The notes beneath the pieces were generated by a model. That model was not told where the DNA came from, ran no database searches, and saw only the letters and a program-made list of their open reading frames with translations. The position numbers and the translations under genes are program-made. DNA of 64,000 bases from Dipteris shenzhenensis (taxonomy: Eukaryota), in the NCBI GenBank assembly GCA_047967505.1, contig CM106538.1; one strand, written 5' to 3'. This document shows, in pieces, positions 22,150 to 37,237 of the stretch (position 1 is the first letter of the stretch; each line of letters opens with the position of its first letter).

Positions 22150-25100
22150 AAGTGCATGGTTGTGTTGAGATCCAAAAAGGCCACACATCCAAGCACCATG
22201 GAGCAGCAAAGAAGACAAGAGGACAAGGAGCAAAACTTCTAAGAAGATAAAGACAATCAGAAGAACATGCTTCTGCTAAGCACTCAAGAAATTTGGGAGA
22301 AGCTTATGGAGAAATTTTGACTAAAAGGAAGTTCATGGAAACTGGTTGAAAAAAGAAGACAATTGGAGGAGATAAAGAAGAAGCTCAAATAAAAAGAAGA
22401 AAAGAAGGGTGCAAGGCGAAAAGAAGGCAAAGGAAATCTCCGCATTGACTCATGGTTAACACAAGAACTTGATCGGGTGTCAAAAACCTAAACACCCTGG
22501 TTGTCTCAACAAGGATCCAAGCGCCAAGCAGTGGAGTTTTGAGTAGCAAGGACAAGCATTGCATCAATACGAAAATGGTCCAATAGTATTTAGTGGTTGA
22601 ATAAGGTTCCTAGTTAGGAATTTACCAAGTCGGTTGCTACAATCATCTGGTAGATATAACCAGTCTATAAGTTGTTTATTGTAATAGGGAAATGGGCTTC
22701 TGGCTCATATTGTCTTGTATGAGAGGCAAGTCCAAGTGATTCTAGGGTCCTAGTGCAAGGGTGAGTGGCCTGCCTTTAGTCAAGGCATGATTTTGTGTAG
22801 CCCCTAGCTGAGTGCTGGTGATAATAAAAGTATTGCATTCCATTATCATATTGCTCAATACAATTGTAAACTTGCATTGTTTCTCTTTTCTTCCATCTTC
22901 ATGTGGTTTTCATCTACACAAAATAAACCTCGTTAGTGCATGACATGGTTCTGTGACCAAGCACCGATAGGAATGCAAGCCCATTACTAAGGAGTGCAAA
23001 ACAAGGCATCTTCTATTGTACACCCACTATTCGCGGGGCACTGAGCATTGGGTACCCCGAGAGGTGAGGGAAACCAAGAGTAGAACCAATCATCAACATT
23101 TGGTGATCCTGTTGGGGATGGATATGTGCTAAAAGGGTTGACTGGGGAAATTGATTGGATTGAGAATAGGAGTCTTAGCTACAAGTGCATAGATAGAACC
23201 ACCAAGAAATTTCTAATGCTGACCAGTGAGACAAATTATGGCAATACTTGGTCGAGTGCAATATTTCAAAAAATTGATCAGAGTATCTATTGTTCATTTC
23301 AGAATCTTATACACCTATTTGAAGACTAGCAGTAGTAGTGTTTGGATTGAGGAGTGCTTCCAGGCTCTAGCAGTTGAAGATGTCTAATTCATGTGCAAAA
23401 AGAAGAGAATAATATGCAACCTAGAGAGAGTACCTACACATTGAGGCTACAGAGGGTGGCAAGACTTAAGAGACAGAGAAGCTGCAATGAATTCTAAATT
23501 GGGTATGAATGAGCAGGTGAATCCTCATGGTGAAACCTCAAACCCTCAAAAACGACCTACATAATGTTGAAGAAGGATAGGTCATGATCTAAGAGCAATG
23601 AGATTTAGCTATTATTTTGACATTAGAAGTGATCCGTTTTGACACTAGAAGTGATCCGGTTAGAGGACGATGCCTATGATGGCCTAAAGCCTTCAATCAA
23701 GCAGCCACCTTCAGGTAGGCGATGAATGGAGGATTCAAAGCAATCATCTACAAAAAGTCTCCATGTTGAAGAACTTGGAGAGCCAATACTTAGGTAGAGT
23801 CGATGCCTGGGACTGGGTCTATAAGGGGATCATCTGGATTGGAGACGGGACAAGTTCTCAACCAAGAACAACCACATGAATTTGTTTGCAATATGGAGAC
23901 AAAACAAGAATGTGGCTACATCAATAGAAGGGCTTTTGACCAAGAGATGAGATTCGGACAAAAGACTGAGCAAGACAGGAGGTGTCCTAGGGTTTGGTAT
24001 CTAGGACAATTACTCCTAGTTTGGTTTTTCCAAGAATCTTGTTCGTGTCCAAGCAAAGTATTCCAAGAACTAATATGCCAAGTTCTCAACATCTTTCACC
24101 AAGTACTATACCACGAGGGCCAAGCCCAATGGCACCTAAATTGACACTACATGAGGGAACAAGACTAGTTACATCAAAGGTACTCATGCATGGAAGGTAG
24201 GTTGGACCTGAAGAATCGACCCCACCAACTCAAGAGAATTCTCAAACTTGGTATGAAGGTTTGCCTCCTCACTATCAAGATCATGATGAAGAACCTCTCG
24301 AGAAACCAAAATCAAAGCTAGTGGTTTTAAGCCCCCAAGGTAACCCCTCCAATTAAGGTAGAATTTTAGAACTATAAAGGACCTGATGATGACCCATGTA
24401 GTCACTTGTAGAGTTTTATGCGAGTTTGTCTTCATATTAATGGGGCCAAGAACAAGGAGTACATAAATTACTTCCCTTGTATCTTGGTTAAAATAGCTCA
24501 AGGGTGGTATAACCAATTTTTTGATTGGCTTTTTTTGAGATTGGGAACAGATGACTAAGGCATCTTGAAGTACTTCCGTCAGGAAATAAATGAAGAGTAT
24601 GTTTGTACTAAACTAAGTGAAATAACTAAAACGAAGTTGAGTCCATCCAAGATTTCATCTTAAGTATGAGGGCTTTGATCAAATGGCTTAGCATGCCACC
24701 TGATGATAAGTCTCTGCATGCTTGGCTATTGACCGGTTTTATATAGGTAGACGTTTGGTCCCTGGCAATTGTCAATCCTACCAAGACATAAAAAGATCTC
24801 CTTAGTCAGGATATGGCTTTGGAGAAGAGTGGTGTAGGAATAATAGCAATGACGAGGTAGAGTCATCAAAGAAGGATAAACTCAAGTCAATTGTTAAAAA
24901 ATCCTTAAAGGAGATGGGTTATCGAGAGAAGCCAAGATGAAATGAAAGGTGCCGTAATGAATGCTCCAAAAAGGTGCACACAGAAGAAGATTGCCATACA
25001 AGATATTGCAATGTGTGCACTAAGTGCTGCCATAATGAGACTAAATGTTGGTTTGCCAAGAAATGGACTGTTGTTAATGTGAACCAAGTTATGATAGATG

Positions 25101-25270
25101 CCAAGTCCAAGGAGGAACAACCATCCAAGCCTAAACATAACAATAACAAGAAGGAATCATAAAGGTAAAGGTCATGTTATATGCTTTTGTTGTGGTGAGA
25201 CTCATACTCAGGCTGAATGTAAGTTGTGGCAAGAACCTCTAAAAATGCTCAAAGATGTGACAAAGTGCGG
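22150..25270 (+). mobile_element. Degenerate Ty3/gypsy 5' fragment (LTR, PBS, gag remnant)
   Basis: ...AACA at ~23098 is followed by the PBS-like TGGTGATCCTGTTGGGGA. Gag-like remnant near 24330-24600 (YKGPDDDPCSHL) and Cys/His knuckles CNVCTKCCHNETKC and CFCCGETHTQAEC. Boundaries approximate. Confidence 0.55.
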
Positions 25271-25340
25271 ATTGTACTAGCCTAGTGCACACAGGATTAG
25301 CAAAAGGACTAAGGAGGCTCAAAGCACACTAAATAAGACA

Positions 25341-26540
25341 TGAGAGGGAGATAGCAATTCTATATCTCTTGCAATATATATATTCAACAATACATGATAG
25401 GCCTCTTATATAGAGAGTGCCCTTTGAATAGTCAACACATGTGTGATCCTCTCATCCACATCTCTTCTTGTGGATATCCTCATTCCACATCTCCACATCA
25501 TGTAGTCCACATCCTAGGGTGGCTACTTTAATTCTTTCCTTATCACATACCTTTGCCTTTTAATCTATGTGCTCATGGCACCATATCTCAACACCTCCCC
25601 TTGGTGCCATGGTCCTTTGGCTACTGCAAGGTGGTCAGATGTGAGTTACATTCCATCACCTCCCCTTAGTGCATGCATTGCTACTTAAGGTGGTAAAGTG
25701 TGGTTTACATGTCAATACCTACCCTGGGTGCTTTCATAGCTACTCTCAGGTGGTCAGGCTTGATTTACAAGAATATAGGCTAAAGGTGGCAAGGTTTTTT
25801 GCTTCTCAATACTTTGTTCTTCCATGTGCCTTGAGGCTTTATGTGTGGATGCCATCAGAGAGAGAATGGTCCCATGAAACTTGGTGGTGTTCACAAACAC
25901 CTTAGTAGCTCTTACATTATCGATACTTGCTTTATTAACATCGTGATCTTGCATCACATATTAACTTAACATTTGTGGATGCACAATTGGAAACTTTGTA
26001 TTCAAACATCTCTTAAACATTTTTGACTTTAGAGAGAATGGCACCAGGGCCAGCCAGCCAAATGGTTATGAAAAAATGTAGCATTGCCTTGACGATCTTG
26101 GTAGGAAAGAATGCACAATTGGTAGGAAGAAAATGGTTTGAACTAATTTTGAATGTACTCCTTACCATGAACCGAGCTCTGATACCATGTGAAGAGAGTG
26201 GGAGAGAAGGAAGGAGTCTCACTTGTAGCTTTCTCACATACACAATGGGGGAATATACACAAAGATGGAGGCTGAAAACAATTTTCCTCTTCTTAGTTGT
26301 GAAAGCCAAAAGAACTCTAAGTACAAAAGAATAGGTGAACCCTATATGTGGGTCTCAAACCAAACTCAGCTAACTAAGGTGGCATACTAACTGAGCCACT
26401 AACTAGAGTACATAAAGATAGTTGTCATCTAGCTATTATTCATGGGCAGTGTACCAACCGCATTTGCAGCTAACAAGTTGGTGACATAAATGCACAATGG
26501 TCACCCTAGCATATCACGAGTGGAGCTCGATATCTTAATA
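25341..26540 (-). mobile_element. Ty1/copia-like LTR fragments
   Basis: Perfect PBS TGGTATCAGAGC (minus strand, 26176-26187) next to an LTR-like segment at ~26188-26540. PPT GGGGAGG next to a TGTTGAGA... LTR-like segment at ~25341-25592. The two LTR-like segments do not match each other well. Confidence 0.55.
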
Positions 26541-29500
26541 GTACTGGCCTCTTGAGCAGTAGCAAGTTAGTCCTTAAGATTTTGCATTCCCTTGTAAGCT
26601 CTTCAATGCTGAATGTGCATATTGCCAAAGACTATTGCATGTCTTCAAGCTTATCTTGGCAATCCTGGAGCTCTTCTTCTTTGAGAATTAGAGTGAGTCG
26701 AGCTTGTGCAAGTGCCTCCATTTGCTGAGCATGTGCGGAGGTCATGGAATTATAGTAGGTCTATAGGATTGCCATTGCTTGTACTGCTGCTGCTGTCAGC
26801 TGTGTTTGGCTTTGGTGGAGATTGGAGGTCACATCCCTCACTACCTTCTCTTGAGCTTGGAGAGCTTGGTTCATGCGTACTTCTTCAACCTCATTCTCAT
26901 CTATTTGCGTCCGAAGTGCCTTGACCTCTATGGCAATTACTTGGAATGGGTCTTCAATTTCTATTGCAATCTGTCTATCCAATTCTCTTGCATATTCCTC
27001 CTTGGCCAAGCTAGTGAATAGTTTGGACATTTGGATCATGTGGCTAGCTTGATGATGGAGAATGACAGATGGTGATGAGGACTGGCGATACTGCTAATAG
27101 AATTGGTGCCCATGTAGCCATCCTAATGATTCTATAGTACTTGTGGGGGGTTGTTCCAATGGTATTTCAGCACTTGGGTACAATAGTCATACTATTGATC
27201 TGGACTAGCTCCCCTTGTGGCTCATGGGCTGGCATGGTTACCTCAGGCTTTGTTGTTAATCTTACCTCAGGCTCTAGTGCCGATCCTGCCTCAGGCTTAG
27301 GCTGCTACTGTTATTGAAGATATATTGGTTGTAGTTATGCATCGAGTTGTAGCATCTCGTGGGGCAATTCTTCAATTTCGACCTCTAGAATAGGCATTTC
27401 TTTTGAGGTATCTGCATTTGCCAATGTGATAGTAGGAGAAGTTGGTGACGGCTCCCATACTAGTAGTGAGAAGGGAATGTCCAACTCCTCAATAGGTTTC
27501 GGTGATTGGGGCAAAGTCATTGCTCGTTCCTGTAGCTTTTTGTTGATGATTATAGCCAATAAGTGTGGAATTTTACATTTTGGGCATATGAACCATCTAG
27601 TTTTTTGTGAAAAAGATGACTGTTGGATCCAATCTTGCTTTAGTTTCCTACTCAGCAAAACAAATGTGTGGAGTGGAAGGGACCGATTCTTGCCACACTT
27701 AACCCCTAAGATTGTGGATAGGAATTGTGGTGCTTCCTTGAGGCGAGGGTTAAGGATGGTGTGAAGTAATATGCCATCCCTATGGAACATTGTGCCCTTG
27801 GCAAGGAGAGGTTGTACTTCGAGAAATTTAGCATCGACAGGCCATGTAGGGTATTTGGCACCTTGTGTTGGGATTGAGAAGGCCCTTTGAATGACTGATT
27901 GGTTGAGGATAATGTTGAGTGGGCTCTGATGTACAGTGATGGTGCCATACTTGCCAACCTATGCATTGCTGGAGTGGTGAGAATGGAGAAAGTCCCTGAT
28001 GTATGTGGTCATTGTAGGATTATCCTCCAAGGATTTTAGGCTCTCATACAAACTACCCAGACCCTTTGCTCTAAGTAAGATATTGTTGTGTTCGAAGAAG
28101 CATAAGTCGATGTAGGTGGCCACACAAGTTCCAATGACTGGGCCCTGTCAATGGCTGTGTAGGTCAGTGGTGATTGGGGTGGCATTTGGGTCTCCATGTC
28201 ATGCACATAATCCTCCTCACAGCTATCGCTCTAGACCACAAATGCCTGTGATCATCGTGGTTGAGAGGAGGTAGATGTTTTTGAACTCTAGAGGGGGTCT
28301 CGTGGTTGAGGTGATGGGCACTTTCTGCACATCCTCTTTAGTGGCGGCATTGTTGCTGAGCCTGCATCCATGTGCATATGGTGTACCATTGATCATTAGA
28401 TTAGTTGGCATGTAGGTATGACATTTATGTGTGTTTGTGAGAAATCTTATTTTTACACATGCTTTCAGAGTGTGGAATGAAAGTGTGTGGCACAATTATT
28501 CATGCAATCGACTATGTGTCCAAGTGAAAGCGTGTGAGTGCCCATGACCTAGAGCTAGGTATGAACTAACTATATGCTAATTTTGTTGTTGTTGGGATTT
28601 CATAGGGCAGCTAGAACTCAGGCATCACTTCTGAGCCCCAGGTTGAAATCGATTGATGCTACCTATATGTGTGAAAATGTACATATGCAGGTGATTTCTC
28701 GTGCTACAATCTAATCCTAACTAAGGAAGACTTGGGTTTCCCAAATCTTCATTTGTGTCAGCGATGGCTTGCGTGTTGAAGTAGTAGTGCTTCAGTCGGC
28801 GGCTCCCGTTGATGGTTGTGTTGAATTGGACTCCATCCAATGTTTTTAGTAGCACAACTTCGATGGGATTCATCTTTTTGACTCGATAGGGTCCTTGACC
28901 TAGATACTTGAGTTTTCCCTTGTGTACTTTGGCATTGTATAACAAGACCAAGTCACCTTCCTTGATGTCTTTAGCTTTAATATTTCTGTCAAACCATGCC
29001 TTTCTTCTGCATTTTTCTGTTGTGCCATGGCATGGTTAGGTGACGTCTTATCTCTATATGCTTCTCCAATTGATAGAGTCTTTCTTTCAAGGATTCATGA
29101 TCTCCCATATGATCCTGTACTATGATGCGTAGGCTTGGTATTACAAATTCTAGTGGGACCATAGCTTCAAGGCCATACACCAATTGAAAAGGTGTGTTCC
29201 CTGTACTGACCTTGAGTGTGGTTTGATATGCCCATAAGGTTGCATTTAGTTTTTGTGGCCAATCAGAATGTTGTGGTTCTACTACCTTGCATAATATTTT
29301 GTTGGTGGATTCGGCCTATCCATTCCCTTGGGGTAGTAGGGTGTGCTTTTTCTATGGATTACCATAAAGCCAGACAAGAGTTCTTGGATTACTTCATTGA
29401 CAAAAAGTGTGCCTCTATCTGACACAATTTCAATGGGGCATCCAAATCAGGTGATCACATTCTCGTATAAGGATCTTGTTGTGCTTCTGACATCTACCTT

Positions 29501-32340
29501 TTTGACTGCTTTTAGCTTCATCCCATTTTGTAAAGTAATCAGTGACCACAATGATGTAGCGTGCCTGTGTTCCCTTTGCTGCTGGATGGATGGGACCTAC
29601 ATAATCAATCTCCCATTTTTTAAATATTTTTTGTGCAACAACTGTTGTTAGGGGATTGAAGTCCTTGTGTTGTGGTTTAGTGGTCCATTGGCATACATCA
29701 CAACCTTTGACATATTCATAGGCATCTACCCAAAGTGTTGGCCACTAGTAGCTTGCGAGGAGGACTTTTCTTGTTGTGGTTTCCCCTTGGAAGTGTCCTC
29801 CTGCAATGCCTTCATGGACTTCACTCAAGGTTGGCATGATCTCATGAGGCATTACACATCTTCTTAATACCTAGTCCTTACCCATCTTGTACAGTTGTCC
29901 TACAATGAGTTGATAGGTTGCAGCTTTTAAAATTAGTTTTCTGGCATCTACTGCTTTCATTTCAAGGGGTGGTCTTCTTTCCATTAAGTACCTAATGATA
30001 TCTCCACACCAATCTGGAACAACATCTATTTGAAATAGTGTGGCATTTGGCAAGTCATCTTCTACTCCAGTGGCTTCTTCTCTCGATGACACGAGACATG
30101 TGATCAGCAATGTAGTGTTGGGCACCTTTGTGGACCACTATTTTGAAGTTGAATTCTTGAAGCAAGAGGAGCCATCTGGTTATTCTTCCTGTTGTACACG
30201 GATGGTTCACAAGATAAAGCAATGCTTGATGGTCGGTGTAGAAGACAATCATTTGCCAATAAATAGTGTTGAAATTTCTTAACACTATACACCATTGCTA
30301 AGGCTTCTCTTTCTATGGTAGTATAGTTGATCTCTGCATCATTGAGTTGTCGACTGGGGAAGTAGAATGGGTAGTCTTTCTTGTGTTCACCAGGTTGACA
30401 AAGCACACTCCCAATTGCATACTTGGATCCATCAGTATGAACATGAAAGTCAATATCCCAATTGGGAGACATAAGATGGGTGCTATGATTAGGTGCCACT
30501 TTAAAAGCTCAAAGGCTTGGTCGCACTCTTCTGTCCATAAGAATTCCACTTATAATTTGTAAAGTGGTCTAGCTATCATGGCATACCACAATATAAATCT
30601 TCTATAATAGCCGGCATGTCCCATAAAGACCTGTACACCTTTGGAATTTGTAGGAGGAGGCAATTCCATGATGATTTTGATTTTGTCCATGTCAGTTGCA
30701 ATCCCATGTTGAGAAATGATGTGTCCCAAAACAACTCTGTGGGTGACCATGAACTAGAATTTTGTTGGATTTAGGGAGATGATATACTCCTTGCATTTGA
30801 TTAGTACTGCTTCAAGACATTGGAAGTGGTCTTTTTTTTTCGAGTGAATGCACAAATCATCCAAGAACACCTGTAAAACCTTATTCAAAAATGACTTGAA
30901 AGCTATGAACATGACTTGCTGGAATGTGGCCGGGGCATTACAAAGGCCGAATGGCATGACTCTATATGCAAAAATACCCCATTCTGTAGTAAATGCTATT
31001 TTTGATTGGTCTTTAGGAGCAATTTGCACTTGGTTATAGCCACTGAAGCCATCCAAGAAGCTATATATTTTGGAACCTGCCACCTTTTCCAACACTGTTT
31101 CTGTCAAGGGTAGGGGATAGTGATCTCTAATTGTGGCAGCATTCACATTCTTTAAGTTTATGCATATTCTGAGCTTCTTGTTGCATTTAGGCATGATGGC
31201 AATGGGTGAAACCCAATCAGTGTGCTCTACCTCATAGATGAATCCAACATCTGAGAATTTTTTTAGCTCATCATAAACCATGGTGCCATATTTAGGATTT
31301 TTTCGATAAGGTCCACATACCTTAGGGGGGGCACCTTCCCTTATAGGTATCGTGTGTATTGCCACGTCTAGTGAAATTCCTTTCATCTCTTTGTATGACC
31401 ATGCTAGGAAGTCACGATATTCCATTAGGAGTGCTTTGAGTTTGGTTTCATCTTCCTGTCGAAGTTGTTTCCCAATGAAAACCAGTTTTTCTTCCTCCCC
31501 TTCAAGGGCAAGGTTTATTGTGTGAGTTTTTGGTGGTCCCTCATAGATTGGAGTTTCTACAATGCTATCAGTTTCTTGAACTTTAGATTCTCTTAGTGGT
31601 CCTAGCATTGCTATGGAGACACTTCCACTTGTGTAATTCTTGAAGTACTCCGGCACTTCTCGAAGATTAGCCTCTGATGGTGTTGAACTAGCCTGACATG
31701 TGCCATGTGTACTGGGTGGCATAGTTTCATTAACCAATTTGTTAGGCTCTTTTTTACTTTCTTTTTATGAAGTCTCTTGATCGAGCTTCATCCACACATG
31801 TGGTTTATACTTCCGAAACTTCTTACATTGGGAACTATGGGGTAGCTTTTCCACTAGTAAGTTGTTCCCAAGTAAGGGTTCATTTGCTACGCATACTCCT
31901 TCCAGTCCCTCAGGAGACCATTCAAGAGGCAGTGGTTCTGATTTTGAGGGAGCTGGCTTTGCAAGATACAATTCAACGATCCTTGTTTAGACTTATTCGA
32001 ATTCATTGAAGTGTTCGGCCTTGGCTTTTCTGTGATTTCCTCCTTCAGCTTTCTTGCAAGATCTTCTGCTGTGATTCAACTTTGGAGGTTCAACTTTTGG
32101 GAGCTCGACTACCATTAGGGCATGCAGAATGGCTAAGTCATTTTATCAAAGACTTGTTCTTCAATTTCAGCATTCTCAGACTCAGTTTCAAGGTCCCAAG
32201 GAAAATCAGATTCATCATTGGTATGGGTACTTTCTTCAGGTTCATTGTCCCACTCGAGGTCAGTTGAGATTATTCCTAGCCTTATGCAAGTACAAGCGGA
32301 GCTTTGCTACTAGTCTACACACATTCTGTACTGCCTAAGT
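26541..32340 (-). mobile_element. Ty3/gypsy (Athila/Tat-like) retrotransposon body: RT-RNaseH-integrase plus extra 3' ORF; degenerate
   Basis: RT: WVSPI, DHYPLP, FLDGFSGYNQV, MPFGLCNAPATFQ, FLDDL (30754-31737). RNase H: HTDGSKYAIGSVLCQ, YTTIEREALAMVY. Integrase remnants end in GQGPYRV (~28720-29870). The order RT-RH-INT indicates gypsy. Confidence 0.9.
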
Positions 32341-32399
32341 CCATGTTGGCACAGAGACAAAAATAACTCAACAAACTGTCAACTTGGACCCATCAATAG

Positions 32400-34250
32400 G
32401 AAAGGTAATGGTCATTCAACAACACTAATTGTTCCAATGCATACAATTGGATGCACTACAAAAACCAAGGATAGAATCCATTTGAATACAAAAGGTGTGA
32501 TAATTTGTACCATTCAACATCAACACTTGAAGATTGAGTTGGGCATGGATCATCAAAAGGTGCTTAAAGAAGTCCAAGAACCTCGCTACCCCATACTTGC
32601 CACTATTAATAGACCATGCAATATAGTAAAAGAAATATAGGCAAATCTACCATAGTATGTAGAACTTTAAAAGAGTGGCTCTATCTCCATAAAAATGGGA
32701 TGCACACCAAGCATGTAGTCATAAATTACAAATGTTTTTCCACAAAAGTGGCTACACCCCATCCCAGCCACTAATGAAATACTTTCGACACATGAAGATA
32801 GTCAAGGACCAAAGAACCAAATTGTAAAAGATATAGTAATATATGCATTAATAGAGACACATAAATTAGGAGAGGCTTGCATAATTAAATAAATGTACAT
32901 GATCCACAACCATCCATGATAAAGGGATGGATTGTGGTTGAACTCAAGTTCAAGTCTCCATACTAGTCTAGCTTGCCAACACTCTTACTTAAGTACAGAC
33001 TAGAAAAGCTTTAGCAAAATCCAAAAGACCAACAAAAAGAAGTTTCTCCATGAAATATGTTCCCAATGGTGATCCTGGTATTGGAAGAAAGAAGAATAAA
33101 AATGAATGAAGGAGTGTCATTTGGTAAGGCTCCATTTGGGAATTGAGGAAAAAATAACAACATGATTTCACAACCATGGCACCGATGAATAAAATTGTAG
33201 ACAAGATTCCCTCAAATCCTACAGCTTTATAAATCTGCACACTTGGACACATTGGCTAGTTCCACAAACATACGGTTTTTGATTTAGACATGATAGATGC
33301 ATGAATAAAACCTTATTAAATAGTGAAGGGCTTAAATATGTCAAGCACTCAATCTTAAAATCAAGCCATAGTCCTCAGGAATACATCCACAAGCTCTAAT
33401 CATACACTTTCACAATCTCTAGGTGAAATAGGAAGATTTTAAGTGATCATAGTCTCTAGATGAAAATAGGAATTTGTTAAGAGCGTGAAAAATGACATCT
33501 ATACAAACCATTACATGAATCAAGTACGCTCAGTACAAATAACATCAATATAAATTTGTACAAGATTCAGGTATGCTCAACTCAAAGTTATTAACCTTGT
33601 TAATATCAATAGTTCACCAACATGCAAGTCTTAAGACTCATCATTGATATCCTCATCCTTGTGTCTCTTACAAAAAGAATTCCTCTAAATAACAATGAAT
33701 CAAATGTCAAGATCCTAGAATCCCTACGTTCTATACAAAGAGAATATGTAGAGTAATAAAGAGCAATTTTGTGAGCCAAAATTGATGCCAAATAAGATAA
33801 TCAAACACATCCCAATCAACACGAGAATCTAGATACATCTACAAGATAAGGAGAGAGCATGCCAATCATTATCAACATGAAAAATTGGGTACATATGATA
33901 TTCAATAATACTCTCAACATCAACACCTACATTGTGCCACATTACTAACCTACAACTCTTTTTGTGTGCTAGATTTTGTGTGCTAGAGAGAGTAAGACTA
34001 AAGCCAACTAAATTACTTGACCTGCACTCTATGTTGGAGAGACATTGACATATACTTTGTGTCAAGAGAGAAAATCCTTGACCTACACTTTATGATGGAG
34101 AGAGAAGACTAAATTCCTCAACATATACTTTGTCTAGAGATAGAAGATCCTTGACCTATAGGTGTAAATATGGAAATTTTAGGAGCAAGTATAAATATAT
34201 TTTAATAGAAAGAAGATCCCAATCTTTGGGTTCAATGTTCAGCTCACTAT
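32400..34250 (-). mobile_element. Highly degraded LINE RT remnant
   Basis: Fragmentary ASILAHKI, ..FDS.. and LGTY motifs in RT order, with many stops. Confidence 0.3.
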
Positions 34251-34899
34251 TGTTGTATGTGAATCCTAACCTTTTTCAAAGGTTGTTTTTTGGTTGTGCT
34301 TTGGAACCATATCCATTCCATGAAGGGGGTAGTTGCCCCCCCTAGGACGTCACCAGGGTGTTCCAAGGGGGCCCGGTGACATGCATCAGTCCCCCCTTGG
34401 TGGTCGAGGGTGACTCCCCCCAAGCCAAAAATACATGAAAATTGGTGCATGAGTTGCCCATGAGTTGTGTGATCAAAATTGTAAGATAAGACGGTGTGGC
34501 TCACATAGCAAGAGAGTAGTGGATACACTAATTGTATCTTGTATCTTCTTGCTTGCTAGATAAGCACAACACAGAATTGGTTGTTTCTCCATGGATGTAT
34601 CCCACACTGGGTGAACCACGTATATCAGTGTATCTCTTTCTCTTCCATTTTGTGCGCTTCCTGTATTGTGTATTTTATGCATTCCACTTCTCGTATTATT
34701 CTCTCTCATCACGTTGGTCCTAACAACTATTGTGTTCATGTGCTTGATCTCCTTTTGCACATTCTCCCTCAACACTATCAAAGTGTCATAGCATGATCTA
34801 ACCTTGCAATCTCCCATCTTCCCCCCCTGATTTCCCTTCTCTGCCTTATCTCCAAACCTCATTCTACTTTTATAATCCTTCTCTCCCACTTCTGATCCA

Positions 34900-37100
34900 C
34901 TAGTGCAACCCTTAAAACACTTAGATTATACTTCTCCACCCTTACCCCCTTGACCAATGAAGGAGACAAACCCTTTGCTCCTCAACCCTAGGCCCCTTCT
35001 AAACCTTGTAATACTTTCCTAAACTGTACAACTCCTACTTACCCTTAAAAATTCTAAAGAAGGTGAAAAGCTCCATCAACCATATTGTACGCCCATTCCT
35101 CCTCACTAAAGATAACTATGAGAATTGCTTCCACATGTAAAGCCAACATTTCCAATGGGGATACAATCTGAGGTCCTATGCTACAATGGTCACTCTACTA
35201 TGATAATTAACTAATTATGATTATAGATGATATAATCCTCAAAACTTGGAAATGAGATTTTTTTTTTAAAAAAATATGAATTTTACTCCAAAGCCTCCAT
35301 CATTGAGCACTCCCTTGATCATGTGATTCTAAATTTTGACATCGTTGATACCCCTTTTCCCTTAATTATTATTTTGGTCGCTTCCACACTTATAGTCAAT
35401 CACCCCACTATAGGTCAATCATTGGTTGAGGGACATTAGAAGAATTTGCATTGTGGAGAGCAACTCCCATTGTTTCTTGAACATTGAGTTTCCAAAATTT
35501 TCATATGCCATGTTGAGTTGATTTGATTCTATGCTACTAGAACACCTTCTATCTCATATTTGCTCCCTGATTTATTCTCGCCTTTGTTCCTCTAGCTACA
35601 TTCTAACTCCTCCATTCATTCATTCTTTATTGGTGGGCTGGGTGCCTCCCTTATCTCAATAAGGATTTCTTTTGAATTCTTTGATTCCTTCCAACAATTG
35701 GTGGTTCCCTGATCTTAAAACAAGGATTTCTTTTTGCTTCTTGTCTTCCTTGCAACAGATCCATGGCTCATTTGGCTTATTTGGAATCGTCTAGAAATTT
35801 TATTGTCGTCTTGTAACCACCTATGCTTCCACTTCTACCAACACCACTCTAGTGGTTAGTGCACGGTCTTGGTCGCATGATTTTAAGTTTTTGTAGCATG
35901 TCTAGTTGCTTTTTCCATAAATGGCATTCGGACCTTAAACTTGCCACAAAAGTAACTTGCTATGCTAATACACTTCAATCTTTCTACTTGTTTTTGGTCA
36001 TGTGGCCCGAGAGATTGCAAATGTTGCAATTCTTACTTGGTTGAGACTCATTCGCCATGTGGCCACCAACTTGACACTTTTTGTGACACCATTTTTTGCC
36101 TTTTTTGAGATTATCTCATATTCCCATTTCTTTTAGAAGCTTCTTTAGCTCCTCTTTCTTGAACTTGGTATCCCCTTTTACCACCACAGTGTCATCTTTC
36201 TCTTCTTTGTTGTCCACTCCATGGAAGAGCACTTTCTTCCTTCATTTGGGTTTGGTAATGACCTTATTTGTGAAGAAATTCATCATATGTCATCATTGGA
36301 TAGGTGATATCCATATTGTGCATCTCTACACCATTAGTAAGAGTGTTGATGAATAGTCAAAATCACAATGTTGTTTTGACTTGTGCTTTGTTTAGTTGGT
36401 TGGTTAGCACCCTCATTCATGTCGCAAAAAGTCATACATTGATTCACCCAAATTTTATTTGATTCTATTGAGGTTTAGCATGATGTCTTACTTCTTGAGA
36501 TTGTGTTGAAAATGTAGTGAATTGGTCATTTGGATATTAACCAAACCTCTCAATGGCTTTGCCTATGAACATGGTGGGAAACTATATCAAGTACACTTCC
36601 TCTATACCAATTTACAATGTTGTTGCTATTAGCTAAAAATTTTGCAAATGGAATGGGGGATTTTCACCCTCTCATCCCATGTAATTTTGGAATCTTATCC
36701 TTATCTTTGGTCCCCTTGTTGCTTCTGCATCTCTTTGTGGAACTAGATGGTGGGCTTCCACCAAACATCTTTATTACAATAGCGGCTAGCACTACTAAAC
36801 TTGGGCTTTACCTTTATGAGGTTTGCATGAGGATCCGCTTCTTAGTTAATGCCAAAACTCATTGGAGTCTCTTTTTATGGTGTGAAGTATCAAGTCTTTT
36901 GGTCCTCCCCTTCCCCCTCTACTAAATTGCTCACTCTGCTCACTTCCCTCCTCTGTCTGGGTCTCTTCTTGGTTCTCTAGAGTCCACTACTTATGCTCTT
37001 ATTCTTGTTATCCACTCATCTCTTTGTTGTTGATATCTTTGTTGGACAACAAGCTCTTACATCCATTCTTGACATTCACTCTGAGTTGATGTACAATATT
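34900..37100 (-). mobile_element. Degenerate gypsy gag region
   Basis: Tandem knuckle-like CQVGGHMANE and CNICNLSGH at ~35990-36090 on the minus strand, in Lys/Glu-rich gag-like remnants. Confidence 0.45.
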
Positions 37101-37237
37101 TAATCATTAACTTATCCAGCATAGACCACTTCATTTCCTTGCAAGATTTATTTCCAAATCATGGTTGCATTCCTTTGATTTGTTCATCTAGGCATGCCAG
37201 TGCATTTTGCTTTCATTCTATGTATGTAGGGTAGATT

